A DNA stretch of 64,000 bases, from positions 275,528,001-275,592,000 of the forward strand of contig OZ024740.1 of assembly GCA_964016885.1 (NCBI GenBank), given 5' to 3'. Below are positions 1 to 11,478 of the stretch, piece by piece. Made by a program: the position numbers and the translations under genes. Each line of letters starts with the position of its first letter. Within the stretch, counting starts at the first letter, position 1. This DNA is from Eledone cirrhosa. Lineage: Eukaryota. The notes below the pieces were generated by a model, which saw only the letters and a program-made list of their open reading frames with translations, was not told the origin of the DNA and did not search any database.

Positions 1-138
1 ATTACTTGTACACATATACATGCCCATAGAGTGTAATAACCATGTTAAACAAATACATATGTGCGTGGATGAGAATAGCATTCCAGTGAATGTGTGTGTG
101 CTTTTGTTTGTACACAGACTGACACACACACGCCAATG

Positions 139-180
139 CACACATATATATATAAATATATACATATATATACATATATA

Positions 181-224
<44 letters not shown>

Positions 225-264
225 TATATATATATATATATATATGCATATATATATATATATA

Positions 265-326
<62 letters not shown>
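139..326. repeat. (AT)n-rich microsatellite
   Basis: Long (TA)n run with occasional ca/gc interruptions; source of the YIYI ORFs. Confidence 0.98.
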
Positions 327-327
<1 letters not shown>

Positions 328-632
328 TTATTATCAATACTTATCTCTCTGTCTTACACACATATACATGTACATAATATGACACCTATATGTACTCACA
401 CATATTTAAGCCCACATACAAAGAACACCAATAAATTAACCAATTTTGAGCATCGAAGAACATCTTCACACTCAGTGGGTTGGAAAGTTATTTAGATGTA
501 GCCTATTTCTGATGTACACCATGATAGAACAACACTCATACACACACACACACACATATGTATATATATATACATATATGTATATGTATATATATATACA
601 CATATGTATATATATATACATATATGTATATG

Positions 633-680
<48 letters not shown>

Positions 681-681
<1 letters not shown>

Positions 682-750
682 GATTCAGATGGAAACAACC
701 TATCAAACCCATGCCAGCATGGGTTTGATAGGTTGTTTCCATCTGAATCA
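681..750. repeat. Perfect 34-bp-arm palindrome centred on the RTE 3' stem-loop motif
   Basis: tgattcagatggaaacaacctatcaaacccatgc-ca-gcatgggtttgataggttgtttccatctgaatca; arms 681-714 and 717-750 are exact reverse complements. Confidence 0.95.
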
Positions 751-1189
751 GTTCTTTTTCTTGATGTAACTGTCCGCCTACATTTGTTAGAGAACAATGC
801 TTTGTACCTTGCTCTTACATCCCAGTTTTTTCATGGTTTTTACAGCTGGATGCTAACCATTTTAAAGGGTGTACAGCACGGTGGTATTAACACTAGAGAA
901 CATGCCATACACAAGACAGTAGGGTGCCCTCTACTCTGCTTTGAATTTTTTGTTGTTCGTATTCAAGGCCAAAAATACCCAAGAGTGTAATTTGAAGGAG
1001 AGTGATGACCAAGATGTTAATTGAGGACAATGTATGAATGTAAGGGTTAATTGGGCGGGGGCAGATAGTGATAGGATGTATAATATTAGGAGATGGTTTG
1101 TGATAGATAATAAAAACGAAGTGTGTTTGTGATAGCTACAGAATACAACTATATTTTATTGTGTGGGTAAAATATATAGATAATATATA

Positions 1190-1710
1190 TGGTGGCTGCC
1201 AACTCGTTTTCGAGTACGGCCACTACTTTATATCCATGTAGGAGAACCCCTACCGATGCGCTAAACAAGTGTGACTTTTTAGTCCAGCCAGCGACTTGAA
1301 AACTCTGGTACAAACACTACACTTGTGACAATTATTGACACATAGTGCTGGGCCCATGGTACCATGTGACGACAAGTGCAGAGAGATCTCCTGATATAAA
1401 GCAATGCCTGTGCCGTGAAGCTTTTATAGTGAGTAAAGGCACTGCACAAAGCCAGTCCCACTCTCTTAACCAAGATGATATTTACCAAAAAGAAGAACAA
1501 GTCAACATCATTGGATACCATCAGGGTTGCAGGTGTTATATCAGAGTTTTCCTTCTCCTAGAATTCTGCCTTGACAAAGGCTAAGGGGTCATCTCTCCCG
1601 GTGATTTTGGATGGCCATTGACTCTTAAGAGCTCCTTTGCCCTTTGACAGGTTTTGTTTTTAGTCCCGCAGGATGTCCAAAGTCACCCTCCTCACCAAGA
1701 AAACTTGGTA
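1190..1710. mobile_element. Unclassified GC-richer insertion between (TA)n tracts, possibly a LINE 5' UTR relic
   Basis: Sharp compositional step bounded by tatata at both ends; the tctcctaga...ctgcctt motif recurs near 22021. Confidence 0.3.
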
Positions 1711-2273
1711 ATATATATACACACACACATACTCACATAAGTTATCTTTCGTTTTTAAATTATTTAAATTCTTTCCATAACAAATGTGCTATTGTAACAC
1801 ATCTCCATTGATGGAATTTGGATATCAAAAACCAAAGTATTACATGTTGAACTTTAGAAAAGTCTTGCATAACTTTAATGTTCCATTTTCAAATTCTAGT
1901 AGTTGGTACCTTTCTATGCTCACAGTCCCTAGCAGTTGAAGATTACCATTTGAGACATTTATTAACACAAATAAATGCACCAATAATTATCAGTATATAT
2001 GTGAATTCATAATCAGGAGAGAAAAGAAATATATTTTAAAATATTTATTCTTGAAGTTTGTATCTCACTAATTTTACAAAAAGTAGTTCACATCCTCAGG
2101 AAAGCTGATTTCTATGACTACACACAATTTTTCTTTTTTGTTCCAAACATGTAAACATGTAAACATGTATATCCAGCTTGATATGTTTGCACAGCAGAAG
2201 TTTCAATGAAAATATTTACTAAATTCTTTATGTTAATGTATGTAGAAAGTCAATATGAAGGTGGCATTCTTTA

Positions 2274-2475
2274 TATGAGGCTCAGCTGAAAAATCCATAG
2301 GCTGGCTATGAAGGATTGATGCTAGAGCTGTGAAAACCATGAATGCATTCACTTCAACTCTTCTTCTTAATAATTGCATTGTTTCTTTCCAGAGGCTATG
2401 TTGAAAAATAAACCTCATTTAGTCATTCCTTGACAGTATCTTGGTCAGCCTATGAACTTTTAGTCGACCCTTGTA
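2274..2475 (-). mobile_element. Tc1/mariner-type MITE (family E, about 200 bp)
   Basis: About 30-bp TIRs (gagg..gctgaaaa.t.cataggctg / cagcctatgaactttt...gaccc), TA at both ends; reverse complement of the 6270 and 56175 copies. Confidence 0.85.
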
Positions 2476-2800
2476 CACTCAAAGGGTATCATGATTGATC
2501 TTATGACTTTTCCTCATCCTTTAAATCTGTGATAGAGCCTGTTAATATCTAGGGAGTGGATTTCCTCTATTGACCAGTCAAGTGTCACAAATTTTGGTAT
2601 TTGTATTGATGCTGCAAATCTATTGGGATATGATATAAGAGGAAAGATTCAACTGCTCTATTTTGTAACTCTTTTGATACCAAAGCCTCTGAAACTATCT
2701 TTGATTCTATGATACAAAACTATTGTAAGTTTATATTTATCTAAAAACCTTCCATCATAATTTTGTGTAAGAACATTTGTTGTTTGATACACCAGATAAA

Positions 2801-2990
2801 TAATTGTTTCTACTTTTGGCACAAGGCCAGCAATTACCCAGTGTATTACTGGTACTTTATTTTATCGACCTCATAAGGATGAAAGGCAAAGTTAACCTCG
2901 GTGGGATTTGAACTCAGAATGGAAAGGGCCGTAAGTCTTTGCGTCAAAGCATGGCATCCGATCCTCTACCGATACTACCAATCCACTACC
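2801..2990 (-). mobile_element. tRNA-derived SINE family A, full length, with TSD
   Basis: Pol III A box (tggtagtatcgg) and B box (gagttcaaatccc) on the minus strand; core gcctttcatccttatgaggtcgataaaataaagtaccag; 14-bp TSD accagataaataat at 2791-2804 and 2988-3001. Confidence 0.92.
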
Positions 2991-4952
2991 AGATAAATAA
3001 TAAGAAAATTACTAAATTCCTCCAAATTCTTAATTATTTTGAAAATTATTTGAAAATCATGGGCAGAGCATTTCATTAGAAATGTGTTTTCAAAAGCATT
3101 AAAATGTGGTATATTATTCCTTCCTTCTTTATTTACAGCATATGATATATTTTCATGAATATCTAGTTATTTGTAACACTCATTTTCTTAAATATAGAAA
3201 ATAGAAGGACAACTGTTGTAAAGTTTTGGGGTTTAGTAAACTGTTTTTGTTTTGTTATTTTCTGCATTCAAATATCAAATATAAACATATCTTTAGACAA
3301 AATTCCATTCTTATATTAGCTGAAAATGTTGTTATTAAATCCAGTAGAAATTATAGGTTACATTGATGTCTCTTACTGTTGTAGATTCTAGCATTTAGTG
3401 ACTGGATTTCTACAAAAGAAATTTCTGTTAATTTAGTGCCAAAATAAATAAAAGCACAGACAGATTGTCTCCTTGGTATATTACCTTTGAAATATTCATA
3501 ACATCAAAGATAATTGTTTCACTTTCAGTTACAAGTATGATGGTTGTTTACTAGGTCTTTGTAAGTCTTTCAATGGCAATAACTAAGACAGTCTGTATTT
3601 TTACCAAGTCTACTGACTTCAGTAACAATGAGTAGGGAATACAATCAAATTCTTTTTTGTAATCAAGGCATTCCACACATTTTCTGAGGTATTTTCTTAC
3701 TTCTGACAACACAGCTTTATTTATCAAAAGTTGTTTGGCACATCTCCATACTTCTTTCTTTCTACCAGCCTACTCATCAGTTACTGTCTTGTTGGACTCA
3801 CGATAGTCATGGAGGAATTGGTGGGGAAACATTGTGTAAAAAAATTATATATAATGTTTAAACAAGTAATGGGTCTTCAGTTTTATGCAAAATCAGTATT
3901 TTCATTTATGATATAAGATTTGTCTGTGTTATAGAAAGTTAATTTGTTATGCCAATCTGGCCATCCCTAGTTCTCTTAATTATACATTTTAGGGACTTTC
4001 TGAGAGTTAATATGGAAGTTCCACTGACTGCATTGTCTGACTGGGAGAGGTCTGTGAGTAACAAACAGCATAGCGAAACAGTATTGAAACTATGTTAATG
4101 AGATATGGAAAGATATACCTATAAACTGTGATTTCATCTGTTCACCATTCAGAAATCTCTGTAGATATGATAGCCTCAGCACACATATTAATTCATCATC
4201 ATGTATAGCATAACAAATTTGTTACCCAATGAACATTGTTAGTAGATCAACTTTGTAAGTTGTAGAATAGTTCACTTCCACAAAAAGCAAAGGGGTGGAA
4301 ACTTCAATCTAATCAGAAGAAAAATGGGGCAAAATTAAAAAGTAGGGCAAAAATTGGGCAAAATTAACCATAATAAATAATGGAAGCAATTTATTCCATA
4401 ATCATGTTTCCTCAACCTTCTGCAGTATATTCCTCTCATATTTTTCCATTGACACTTTGCTCATAATCTCATTCCAGTTCCTATCTACTTGGGTGTTTCA
4501 CCTGAACCAGATCTCAAACATTTTAATAGGATGTTTGGTCCAGCAACTCGTGACACTGACCAGGCTGGTGCTGTCTCACCAATGCTGAGCTGCAAATCCA
4601 TTGACATGTCATGTTTAGAATGTGCTCCTCTTACCACATTGTATGGTGACAGCTGCCTTAAATTCTAGTTTGTCTGATACCATTACAGCGACACTATTTG
4701 CATAGCCAGCAATGTCTTTCCACATCTCAGTTTGAATGGGAGTCCTCTAAAAGATTTTAGCTACTGCAGAAATAGCTCAAGAACCAACGGATGTGAGAGA
4801 GGGCACCCTTGACAGACCAAGTATGGGGTTTGAAGCAGTTCCAAAAGGTAGCCATTTAGTCTGACCACTAAGCAGATACCACTCTTTATTGATGTAATCC
4901 ATTTTATGAAACAGGACTAGGTTAAGCTGTTTTAAAGATTGCCAACAAATAT

Positions 4953-5115
4953 TGGTTTCTGATTTAGGCACAAGGCTGACAATTTTCGTGGAGAGACGAT
5001 TAAATCAATCCCCGTGCATTACTGGTACTTTATTTTATTGACTCTGTAAGAATGAAAGGAAAAGCTAACCTTGGTGAGATTTGAAATCAGGATTTGAAGG
5101 ACTGTAACTCTATGC
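4953..5115 (-). mobile_element. Decayed SINE family A variant
   Basis: actggtactttattttattgac...aatgaaaggaaaagctaacc matches family A with many substitutions. Confidence 0.75.
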
Positions 5116-5491
5116 CACCATATATCAATATTTGACCCTATCAAATCCTTTGTATTGATCCATGTCATTACCCTCCCTCTCTATGAGTTCTTTTCCAGAA
5201 ATGTTTGATTATGTCCCTCTTGTTTGCATTTTTCCTTAACAGCTTCACTGTTCTCCTGGGTATGCTCCCAGTTGCAATAATAGATATCTACAAAGAGAGA
5301 GGTGAACAAATCTAACATATATAAACAAAGTTGATTTGCCTTATGTATTCACTCACACCATAACTCTCTCAGCTATTATTATGGATTTTTAACAATACTT
5401 CTCGCTAAGAGCACTGGCTGAAACAAGGGTTAGTTTTTCAAAGAAAAATTTGGTAGTTAATTTCTATAGCTGTTGTATATAACAGGTATAT

Positions 5492-5710
5492 TACCATATA
5501 TACTAAAATGTAAGTTGATCCGAATATAAACTGACCCTCCACTATTATGTCTGAGAAATGGGCAAAAATACAGACCTCATTTATAAACAGAGGCAGCTAA
5601 TCAATATATTGTTTAGATGGCATATATAAGCCAATCCCCACCCCCATTTTACCACTGATATTTTTGTTTTGGACACAAAATCATCAGCTTATATTTGAGT
5701 ATATACGGTA
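5492..5710. mobile_element. Tigger/pogo-type MITE
   Basis: TIRs taccatatatactaaaatgtaagttga / tcagcttatatttgagtatatacggta with TA ends; related end at 11092. Confidence 0.75.
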
Positions 5711-6269
5711 ATTTCTTTTATGAAACTTGGATGCCTCAAAAACAAGTCAGCTCCTGGTTTTGAATTCAGAACTGATAAGAAAAAAGTGACATGCTGTAAT
5801 CTAGTGCTTAAACATTCTTTTGTTATTGCATTTTGTTGGGGTTTTTTTCCAAAGATTAAGTTCCAGACATATATTTTATGGTTTTATGTTTCAATGAATT
5901 TTAATATACTTTTCTGGATTTAAATGGGTTTCAAGAAATGTAAATGTGTTTTAATGACAATGATTTTCACAAATTGTACAAGATACATTCTTCTAAGAGA
6001 GATGGATAGAGATATGGGAATTGTCACCATTATATTATTTTTTAATTTACTTTTCTCATAACGATGTATGGCAAATTTTACACCAAGTAGATTGGATTTA
6101 AGAATTAAAAAGGGAAATAGCAGATTGAATAATGTATTCAAAAATTTCCCTAAAATGATGAAATCGTTTGTTTAACCAGGGTTGACCTCTATCAGAACCG
6201 TTAGAATTGCAAAGTAAGGTGTATATTAATGCCTACAGTGATGTATGATGGAAGTTCTCTTGAATAAAA

Positions 6270-6471
6270 TATAAAGGTTAGCTGAAAAGTTCATAGGCTG
6301 ACCAAGAAACTCTCATGGAATGACCAAATGAGGTTTATTTTTCAACCTAATCCCTGGAAAGAAGCAATGCAGTTATTGATAAGAAGAGTTGAAATTAATG
6401 CCAACAAGAATTCACAACCCTAACAGCACTCCTTCATAGTCAGCCTATGAACTTTTCAGCCAACCCTCATA
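6270..6471 (+). mobile_element. Tc1/mariner-type MITE (family E)
   Basis: TIRs ggttagctgaaaagttcataggctgac / gtcagcctatgaacttttcagccaacc; TA flanks. Confidence 0.88.
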
Positions 6472-6491
6472 CATCCCACCTTATGTCACTA

Positions 6492-6674
6492 TGGCAGTAT
6501 CGGTAGAGGGTTGGACACCATGCTTTGCAGCACAGTTACGTCCCTTTACAGTCTGAGTTCAAATCCTGTCAAGGTTAACTTTGCCTTTCATCCTTACGAG
6601 GTCGATAAAATAAAGTACCAGTAATGCACTGGGATAATTGCTGGCCTTGCACCAAAAGTAGAAACAATTATTAT
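6492..6674 (+). mobile_element. SINE family A
   Basis: tggcagtatcggtagaggg...gagttcaaatcc...gcctttcatccttacgaggtcgataaaataaagtaccag...gtagaaacaattattat. Confidence 0.92.
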
Positions 6675-7169
6675 GAAGTGATTTGAGAGTGATTTTGTTT
6701 CCATTTCTGGCAGCTCCAGTTACCATGTAGAGACTTCCTTCATAACTAAGTTGTTTGCTGAGTAACCTGCTTCAGAAAATTCTATGATAAATAGATGGAT
6801 TATCAATCTCTAATGTGTTGCATTGGTTTAACATAATCAACTATAATCTCCTTGTGGTGATATGTAAATATATCTAATGTGTGTATTGAAATTCAGCATC
6901 TTCATTAATATTGTAACTGATCTGTTCTGTCCATGCTTATTGTTAGGAAATACTGTCTGAAAATCTATATATTTATTTATATTCCCAATTTTACAGATGG
7001 TCCTTTGTTTGGGGAAATTTAATGGTTACACTGAGTTGTCTGGGGGACCACATACAACATTCCTTGATGGTTTGAATGGTTTTGATGTTGTTGATATTGT
7101 TGATTACTACTAATTAAATCTGCATCATTATAACCATGACATAAACATATCTGATCAAGAAGCACACAA

Positions 7170-7350
7170 GGCAGCTTCTACATGGTCGTTTGACCAGCTA
7201 GATATAGCAGTTAACTCTCGCCCAGACCTCAACCATAAATAAAGGTTACATTAGACAATCTAGTCCCTAATATATAAAAGTAATAAAAAAAGACATTGAT
7301 CAAAGGTCTTTTTGATCAGGACTGATCTGAGACTAAATGAGGATAACATT
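7170..7350 (+). mobile_element. Old SINE-like family F, decayed; further relics near 9130-9295, 35740-35830, 36880-37090, 38690-38850, 39200-39420, 40900-41060 and 52460-52650
   Basis: Recurring motif ttgacc.gctagaaatagcagccaaatct.cctcaaatc...gactgac...gggctaaacaacaa in both orientations. Confidence 0.6.
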
Positions 7351-7458
7351 TAACTAATCTAGGAAATGTCAGAATAATATTCTAAGTGTATTGAGTCTGT
7401 CTTTATTGTGGGATGTATAAAAGAATACGTATTTATTTACCACAAGCATTAGTACACA

Positions 7459-7645
7459 CTGTAAATATGGTTGGTGTTAGGAAGGGCATCCAGCCTCAGA
7501 ACCCAAGCCAGAGACAGTTCTGTATGAGCAAGACATAGTCACCGGTCCCAAATTGATTCAAGCAGGACAATCTGTCTAACCCATGCTAGCATGTAAAATG
7601 GATGTTAAATGATGATGCTGCTGCTGATGATGATGATGATGGTGG

Positions 7646-7703
<58 letters not shown>
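7459..7703 (+). mobile_element. RTE-tailed non-autonomous element (family C) 3' part with (GAT)n tail
   Basis: gttggtgttaggaagggcatccagc...aacccatgctagcatg..aaatggatgttaaatgatgat. Confidence 0.8.
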
Positions 7704-7704
<1 letters not shown>

Positions 7705-7843
7705 AGTTTGGTTAGCAGAGCCAATTAATTAACCATTTATCATTTAGAAATACTCAGCTCCAGTAAGTTGGAAGAATGGCAATAATGATATTCATTCTTT
7801 TCTAGGGGATTACTAAAGTAAGTGAAATAGTTATGAATAGGGA

Positions 7844-8411
7844 TTAACCCTTTAGCATTAAAACTGGCCATATCCAGCTAGAATTCTCCCACCTCTTTCT
7901 GTTCAAACTGGACATAACCGGCTACTCATAATAACATTAACCCTTTAGTATTTACATTACTCTATATATACTATTATATTTTCACGGTAAAGGCTTTACC
8001 TTGCATAATTATCTTACATACTATCGAATCTATGAGATTTTGAAAGTATTTATTTTGAGAACAATACCTTAACATCAGTTTGAGTGGCTAGTTACAGAAA
8101 GAGGTAGAGATTCTGGCTGGTTTTGGCCGGTTTGAACATTAAAGGGTTAAGGTATTGTTCCCAAAATAAATAATATCAAAATCTCATAGATTCGATACTA
8201 TATAAGATAATTATGCGAGGGAAAGTCTTTTCGGTGAAAATATAATCATCATCATCATCATCATCCTCGTTTAACATCCACTTTCCACGCTATCATGGAG
8301 TAAATATAATAGCAAATATAATTGTTTCTACGTTAGGCACAAGGCCAGCAATTATCCAGTGCATTACTGGTACTTTATTTTATCAACCCCGTGTAAATGC
8401 AAAAGGGTTAA
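7844..8411 (-). mobile_element. piggyBac-like MITE (family D), outer copy carrying three nested insertions
   Basis: ttaaccctttagcatt at 7844 and aatgcaaaagggttaa at 8396-8411; internal segments collinear with the 36399-36614 copy. Confidence 0.75.
7937..8150 (+). mobile_element. piggyBac-like MITE (family D), inner copy
   Basis: TTAA-ccctttag...taaaggg-TTAA; matches the 23245-23472 copy. Confidence 0.9.
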
Positions 8412-11091
8412 ACTTTCATCCCTCACTCAGTTTACTGGCAGCTTACCATATACTCTATGGAAGCACATTATAACCATTAAGGTAGCTTGCAACCTACATC
8501 GTGGCAACTTCACGCCTATAGTAGTGTCACTTGCCACTTTACAAACTGAAACCTTACCACCTACATTATGGTAATATTACCATTACACTATGGCCACTTG
8601 GCTCTTACACAATAGCAATTTGCCATCAATGCTAGAATTACCTATGAGCTAAATAAACTATAGCTTAAGGCTGCATCCCCTTGAGAGCCTCACTTTAAAA
8701 AATATATCTTCATATTTTATCATATGTTTTTATTCTTGAATATTAAATCATCAATAGTTATATGCAAGGAACACGTTGAGAAACAAAACATTTTGGCAAG
8801 CAATCTTCCATATTTATTTTGTTTGCACATTTGATTCATACAAACAAAATTTATCCTGACATACCTTTGTAAATATATATTATATTAAATATTTTTTAAT
8901 ATGATTATAGAAAATGATTATCATCGACAATTATTTTAAATTCTTTCACCCTAATTGTTTTAAAGAATAGCTTCAAATTTCATATAGCTTAGACACTCAG
9001 CAGGTAAAAGTTTAGTCCTGCTTATCATATACAATATAGAAATTTAACAGCTACACTGCAGCAGTTTACAGCTGAAACTATGAAATCTTATCTTATATTG
9101 TGAAAACTTACAAACTATGCTAGAGCAATTCAACATCCATGTTACAAAGACTTTTCAGCTGTGATCATTTTGCCTTGTTTGGACTATCCAGGACTACATT
9201 GTCCAATGTATCCTTCCTTTTACAATTGTGTGTAATTTGAGGAATATTTTGGTGCTATTTCTAGCAGATTGAGCTACCACATCGAGACTTCTTGCTGGTT
9301 TGCTTTCATCATAAAAATTCTAGCTGAATTTCAGTTGTCAATATATAGCAGGAGCCAGCTCAGCATACAGGCTGAAAGGTTTCTCTGGATTCTAGTCAGT
9401 CACAGAGCTAATGTCCAGGCATTAAAAAAATATGTAAAGAAAATAAAAAGAAAACAATAATAACAAAAAGAAAAACAACCTTTTCTCAGTATTTGTTTTC
9501 TCTAAACCTGAAATGTGTTAACAAAACAATTCACGGATCTGCTAACGATTTCCTACCATGGGCTCCCAGCATTATCAATGCTGGCAGTCAAGAGATACTG
9601 CCAGATCTCAGCTCTCGACATTATCAATGCTGTCAGCCAGGCAATACCAACAGATCTATTGCTCTCTGTTCTTCAGAAACCTTTTGGCATACAAAAGAAT
9701 CACTTACAGTTCCAAAGTCACTTCAACCCATAGCTAATAAGTAAAGAATATATATGTAATCCTTCATCTGAAAGTGAAAAATACGAAGAAAATAAAAGCT
9801 TTCTTCTCTGGGTTTATTCACTATTCAGTCGTTTTTTTTTGTTGTTTTTGTTATTTTTCTTTATTTTCTTCTGGGTTTTTTTCATCTCCCTCCCCACATT
9901 TTTCTATTCCTTTGCTTTCTTACTATTCTTCTATTTTTTTATTTTTTTCCTTTTATTATTACTCTTTTTTTTTTTTTTTGGAGGATGTTGCTAGATGATG
10001 AAGGTCGGCTGAAAATAATAAATTAACACTGTTGAAAAACACTTTACAAGTAAGGAAAAATATTTCTTAATTTTAAAGAAAAACAGTCTACTGTGTTCGT
10101 GTTTGTGTGTATTTGTGTGTGTGTGACACATATATACAATATCTCTCTTTCACAAACTACGAACCATAAATAAATGACTAAATGATTTTTGTAGAAATAA
10201 TGTGAAGATATTATTTACTTTTTCCTATAATATGAGGTAGTGAATACATATTTCTGTTTCACATTCTTTGTATAGATGCATCATTTTAGATTACTTTGCA
10301 TATTCATGTATATATATATATATATATGAGAGTATTGAAGTTTGCTTGAAGCATTGTGGAATAATAAGGTAAATTTCTTTAAGTCGTTTGGAAGCCTCGA
10401 CAATGCAGATGGGTAAATTTCCGAGTAACAAGATCCGGTGGTGGAGAGAGAGATGTAAGTGGGTGTATGTTGAGATGCGTGGCATGTATAAGACTGTAAC
10501 GTGTAGAGAATATATATATATCATCATCATCACCGTTTTACGTCCATTCATCCACGCTAGTATAGGTTATAAGAGTTTTCCTGTTGTGGGTAATGCTAGC
10601 TTAGGTGACCATGCCTTGCTTATATAGAACTGATTTTGGCTTGGTTTCTACAACTGGATGCCCATCCTAACACCAACCTCATTTACCGTGAGTACAGTAA
10701 TAATTTGTCATGACGCATACACAACCTCTTTACAGTGTAGGCTGGATGCTTTTCATCACCATTTAAATAGACGTTAAACAGTGATGATGATGATGATCAT
10801 CATCATAATCATTTAATGTCGGTTTTCTTGGTAGCAAAGACTGTATGGGTTGTCTTAAATCAAGTCAGCACTCAAGAAGAGCAGCTACTGACCTCTCAGA
10901 TGGACTGGAGGACTGCATTTTGCTTATGTACATTTTTGCACTCTACTGGGAGCATTTTATCATAACTCCACCACTAGTGAGTTTGTCATGCTGATGATTC
11001 CACTACCTCTCCAGAAAAATCCACAACTACAATTAGTGCTAGGGGTGAAATATACTAATATACTACCACAAGATGATCATGGCAGCATAAT

Positions 11092-11478
11092 ATACCATAT
11101 ATACTCAAATATAAGCTGAGGAATATGTGAGCAAAAACTATAGGAACCTCAATCCATCCTTGGACATCATTGTTTGTTAAAGAATTAGTTTGGATAAGGG
11201 TCTCATAAAAGTGGTTTTTCAGTTCATGTCAGTCCTGATTGCAGTGCATATGCAGAGATAATTGTCACTGTTGTTTTACCAGAACCACCCTAGCCACATC
11301 TATTACCTTGTCTACCCATTTTTCTGCTAACAGGTTACTTACATCCCCAATCCAAGGTTATGACCTATCAAGATGAACTTGTAGCACTGTTTCTTACCCA
11401 TAATGAACATAACTGATGTTCTTCTCCACGCAGTCTCTTGCATACAGCACACATCCACTTGCTTTGAGTATATATGGA
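11092..11478. mobile_element. Decayed Tigger/pogo-type MITE
   Basis: taccatatatactcaaatataagctga at left and tttgagtatatatgg at right. Confidence 0.5.

Noticed and set aside
2-990. [12 protein letters not shown] ORFs here and at 18001-18231, 34645-35634, 47131-48321 and 50224-51027
   Set aside because: Translations of (AT)n and (CA)n microsatellites, which lack stop codons
4440-4900. Possible decayed RT (YANSVAV resembling YADD) on the minus strand
   Set aside because: Single weak motif without neighbouring RT motifs
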